Below are positions 61,188 through 64,000 of a DNA stretch of 64,000 nucleotides, in pieces. The stretch lies in the NCBI GenBank assembly GCA_033442325.1, contig JAWQFM010000014.1:695312-759311 (forward strand), given 5' to 3'. This DNA is from Salpingoeca rosetta. Taxonomy: Eukaryota > Protista > Choanoflagellata. Both the position numbers and the translations under genes were made by a program. The stretch's first letter is position 1. Every line of letters begins with the position of its first letter. The notes below the pieces were generated by a model. The model did not search any database, had not been told where the DNA came from, and was given only the letters and a program-made list of their open reading frames with translations.

Positions 61188-64000
61188 ATGATGGGGCTGC
61201 AAGGGAGGCCTGAGCCTCCCTCCTCAGCGGCACGATGCACAGTGTGGTGGTGGCTGGGTGCCACCCTGCTCACCTCGCTAGTGCTGATGCCAGCAAGCGG
61301 TGCACACGGCACCATTGTTATCCAAGGCCCCGCCGTGCAGACACTGGAGGGCGGCTCCGCATACAGAGACGCTGCCCTGTGCAACCACGACCCCGTGAAG
61401 AAACCCTTCTGTGCCTACAAACAAGGCGGCCGATCTGATGGCCAGGACATCACCATCACCGGCCTCCCGCTCCAGTGCAGCACAACCACCGGCGCGTGCA
61501 CCGTCACCGCGCCAACGGCGCAGTGCTTCACAGACGCAGACTGCCAAACCACGTCCCTGCTGGTCGATGGTGTTCCAGCCACAAACCCGGACGAGCCAGC
61601 CGCCATCGTCTACAACATGGGCCGCTACGTCATCACCTTCAAGGTCAACGGTAACAGCGAATCCTGCACGTACGAGAACCCAGGCACCAAGGAGCCCGGG
61701 CAGCCCGACTGCACGCGCATCCTCTACGTCCGCGACAGAACCCCGCCGGTCATCACCCTGATCGGCGACAAGACCGTTGTCCTGCAAGGTGGCGAGGAGT
61801 TCTCCGACCCGGGCGCCACCGGCCATGACGTCGTTGACGGCGCCATGGACTACATTGCCGACCCGCCCTGCCCCGTGGAGCGGGACGGTGACGGCAACAT
61901 TGTCAAGTTTATCGGCTCCCCCGGCCAAATCTGCCGCTTTGTCACCACCGCGGACCTTGTCATTGACAACAAGGAAATCAAGAACCAGACCATCTACTAC
62001 ATTGCCCTGGACACCACCCTCAACTACCGCCAGGTGGAGCGCACCATCGTGCTGGAAGACACCATCCCGCCCGTCATGACCCTGTGCGGGCCGCACGACG
62101 TGGTTGGCGACTCCTCGCACGAGGCCGGCCAGGAGTACATCGACGCCTGGTGCACCCCAAAGGACAACCCCTGCCTCATGCCAAAGGACCGCCAGCTCAC
62201 CATGCAGGAGTGTGAGGCAAAGTCGCAGTGCATGTGGATTGCCGGCGCATCGCTGGACGTGGACGGCTTCTGCCACCTCAAGACGAGCCCTTGCTTTGGC
62301 ATCCGCGACGAGAACGACTGCAACGCAGACTCGGACTGCACCTGGTGCCCGCGCGGCGTCACCGCGTTTGACATTGTCGACGCCAACCCAACAGACGCCA
62401 TCAAGGTCAACAACCCGGTTGACTCGCAGTCCCTCGGCATCTACACCATCACCTACACGCTCGCTGACGAGAACGGCAACGTGGCCACCCCGGTCACCCG
62501 CCGCGTGCGCGTGCGCGACACCACCGCGCCCGCCATCACCCTCCTCGGAGACAGCGAGGTGGAGGTGGAGGGCGCCACCTTCTACTTTGAGCGCTTCGCC
62601 ACGGCCTCCGACTCCTTTGAAGGCGACATCACAAACCGCATCCTGCTCAAGGTGGACCGCCTGGGCAACCTCGACTGCACAAAGTCGCGCGGCTGCGGCG
62701 ACCCCAACTTTGTGGACCCGTACGCCCCTGCCGGCACATCCTTCCTCCTCACATACTCCGTGGCAGACTCAAGCGGCAACTCAGACTCCATGACCAGCCG
62801 CGCCACGCGCGAGGTGACCATCATCGACACCACCGCGCCCGTACTGCAGCTGCTGGGGCCAAACCCGCTCAACGTCGAAGGCGCCACCGTCTACACGGAG
62901 CCGGGGGCCACAGCCACGGACACGCTGGATGACGACGACACGCTCTCGCAGTCGATCATCATTGGCGGCGACCGCGTCGACACCAACGCCCCGGCCTTCT
63001 CCTCCTTCAACATCTCCTACGATGTCAACGACGCAGCCGGCAACCCCGCGCGCTCGCTCTTCCGCGAGGTGGTGGTGGTCGACTCCACCCCGCCCGAAAT
63101 CTCGCTCGTGGGCGACGCCAGCATCGTTGTGGACGCCGCACGCGACTACACGGACAAGAACGTCACCGCGGAGGACTCGCTGGACGGGCCCTACCAGTTT
63201 CTGCCGCGCTTCGCCAGCCGCATCCGCAAAGTGGTGCGCAGGCTGGACGTCAGCTGCAGCGACACGGAGTACGAGACGGCGCCACAGTCGGCTCTTGTCG
63301 CTCGCTCCTGCGCCCCGCTCACCACGTGCACCGCCGGCCAGTTTGAGAGCCTTGCGCCCACGCCAACCTCCAACCGCCAGTGCCAGGGCACGCGCGCGCC
63401 GTGTGCACTTGGCCAGGACTACGAGATTCGCGCGCCCACGCCCACGTCCGACCGCGTGTGCGAGGACTGCAGCGGGGCTCGCCAGCAGCTGGCGCCACGC
63501 TCCCTCTACTCCATCATCAACCGCACAGACTGCTTTGACGTGAACCCGCCCAACCTCGTTGTCAACGTGACATGGCCTTCCATGCCCGAACAAGACGACC
63601 AACAGTCATCAGCCGCCAGCAACGACAACAGCGACAACGGCACCACCACAACCACCATGAGCCCCAACACCACGCCACCGTTTGCCCACACCAAGGAGGT
63701 CAATGGCGTCGTGGTCACCACCATCTTCGTCAACGATACAGTTGCTTGGTACTTTGACCCGTATCTGGTGGACATTGTTGCGCTGAACGGCTACTTCAAC
63801 TCCAGCACGGTGTTCAACCGCTCAGACTACCTGCCACCAACACTGCCGCCACCGACCACGGCCGCCATGCAAAACCTCACCTCCACCTCCACCTCCACCA
63901 CCACTGCTGCGACGACGACCACGAGCACCACAGCCGATGCCAACGCCACGACCACTGCCGCACCCGTGATCACCCCGCCGCCTCGCAACATCACCATCGA
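61188..64000 (+). CDS. Large secreted/cell-surface protein: signal peptide, about 5-6 DUF5011 (HYR/Ig-like) repeats, Cys-rich and TNFR-like repeats, Thr-rich stalk; open to the window end
   Basis: Frame from ATG 61188 appears stop-free to 64000, so the track missed it. Signal WWWLGATLLTSLVLMPASGAHG. Repeats VRDRTPPVITLIG, LEDTIPPVMTLCG, VRDTTAPAITLLG, IIDTTAPVLQLLG, VVDSTPPEISLVG with F/YxD/EPGATAxD. CAPLTTC...PTPTSNRQC...PTPTSDRVC. Confidence 0.88.
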   Translation, partial: MMGLQGRPEPPSSAARCTVWWWLGATLLTSLVLMPASGAHGTIVIQGPAVQTLEGGSAYRDAALCNHDPVKKPFCAYKQGGRSDGQDITITGLPLQCSTTTGACTVTAPTAQCFTDADCQTTSLLVDGVPATNPDEPAAIVYNMGRYVITFKVNGNSESCTYENPGTKEPGQPDCTRILYVRDRTPPVITLIGDKTVVLQGGEEFSDPGATGHDVVDGAMDYIADPPCPVERDGDGNIVKFIGSPGQICRFVTTADLVIDNKEIKNQTIYYIALDTTLNYRQVERTIVLEDTIPPVMTLCGPHDVVGDSSHEAGQEYIDAWCTPKDNPCLMPKDRQLTMQECEAKSQCMWIAGASLDVDGFCHLKTSPCFGIRDENDCNADSDCTWCPRGVTAFDIVDANPTDAIKVNNPVDSQSLGIYTITYTLADENGNVATPVTRRVRVRDTTAPAITLLGDSEVEVEGATFYFERFATASDSFEGDITNRILLKVDRLGNLDCTKSRGCGDPNFVDPYAPAGTSFLLTYSVADSSGNSDSMTSRATREVTIIDTTAPVLQLLGPNPLNVEGATVYTEPGATATDTLDDDDTLSQSIIIGGDRVDTNAPAFSSFNISYDVNDAAGNPARSLFREVVVVDSTPPEISLVGDASIVVDAARDYTDKNVTAEDSLDGPYQFLPRFASRIRKVVRRLDVSCSDTEYETAPQSALVARSCAPLTTCTAGQFESLAPTPTSNRQCQGTRAPCALGQDYEIRAPTPTSDRVCEDCSGARQQLAPRSLYSIINRTDCFDVNPPNLVVNVTWPSMPEQDDQQSSAASNDNSDNGTTTTTMSPNTTPPFAHTKEVNGVVVTTIFVNDTVAWYFDPYLVDIVALNGYFNSSTVFNRSDYLPPTLPPPTTAAMQNLTSTSTSTTTAATTTTSTTADANATTTAAPVITPPPRNITI

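Noticed and set aside
61278-63602. Long minus-strand and alternative-frame ORFs
   Set aside because: Shadows of the GC3-rich DUF5011 gene; only the frame from 61188 has domain motifs.

Overview
Eukaryotic, gene-dense, intron-rich DNA saturated with (GT)n/(CA)n microsatellites, with two assembly gaps (18638-19478 and 35773-35872). The holozoan-type gene set, repeat-laden short introns and poly-Q/T coding tracts fit a choanoflagellate such as Salpingoeca rosetta (inference). Most ORFs in the supplied track are microsatellite artefacts. Splicing exons by hand gives 15 protein genes: ASCC2 (-, runs off the left edge), an ankyrin + winged-helix-like protein (+), Na+/K+-ATPase alpha (-), an ARHGAP22/24/25-like PH gene lacking its GAP core and carrying duplicated exons (-), an intronless DHYC palmitoyltransferase-like gene with no zinc finger (-), a dual-specificity phosphatase (+), eRF1 (+), UQCC1/CBP3 (+), 53BP1 (-), ornithine aminotransferase (-), ENY2 (+), RPL39 (-), TBC1D19 (+), TBL1 (-), and an intronless DUF5011/HYR-repeat surface protein (+, runs off the right edge, absent from the ORF track). 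No transposon, rRNA, tRNA or CRISPR was seen. Best leads: (1) introns bracketed by complementary GU- and CA-repeats, with CA/CAU runs replacing the polypyrimidine tract; (2) the ankyrin + SMARCB1-WH/BCOR-PUFD-like protein; (3) the zinc-less DHYC enzyme; (4) the GAP-less, exon-duplicated ARHGAP. All family assignments rest on motif recognition from memory, not database searches.
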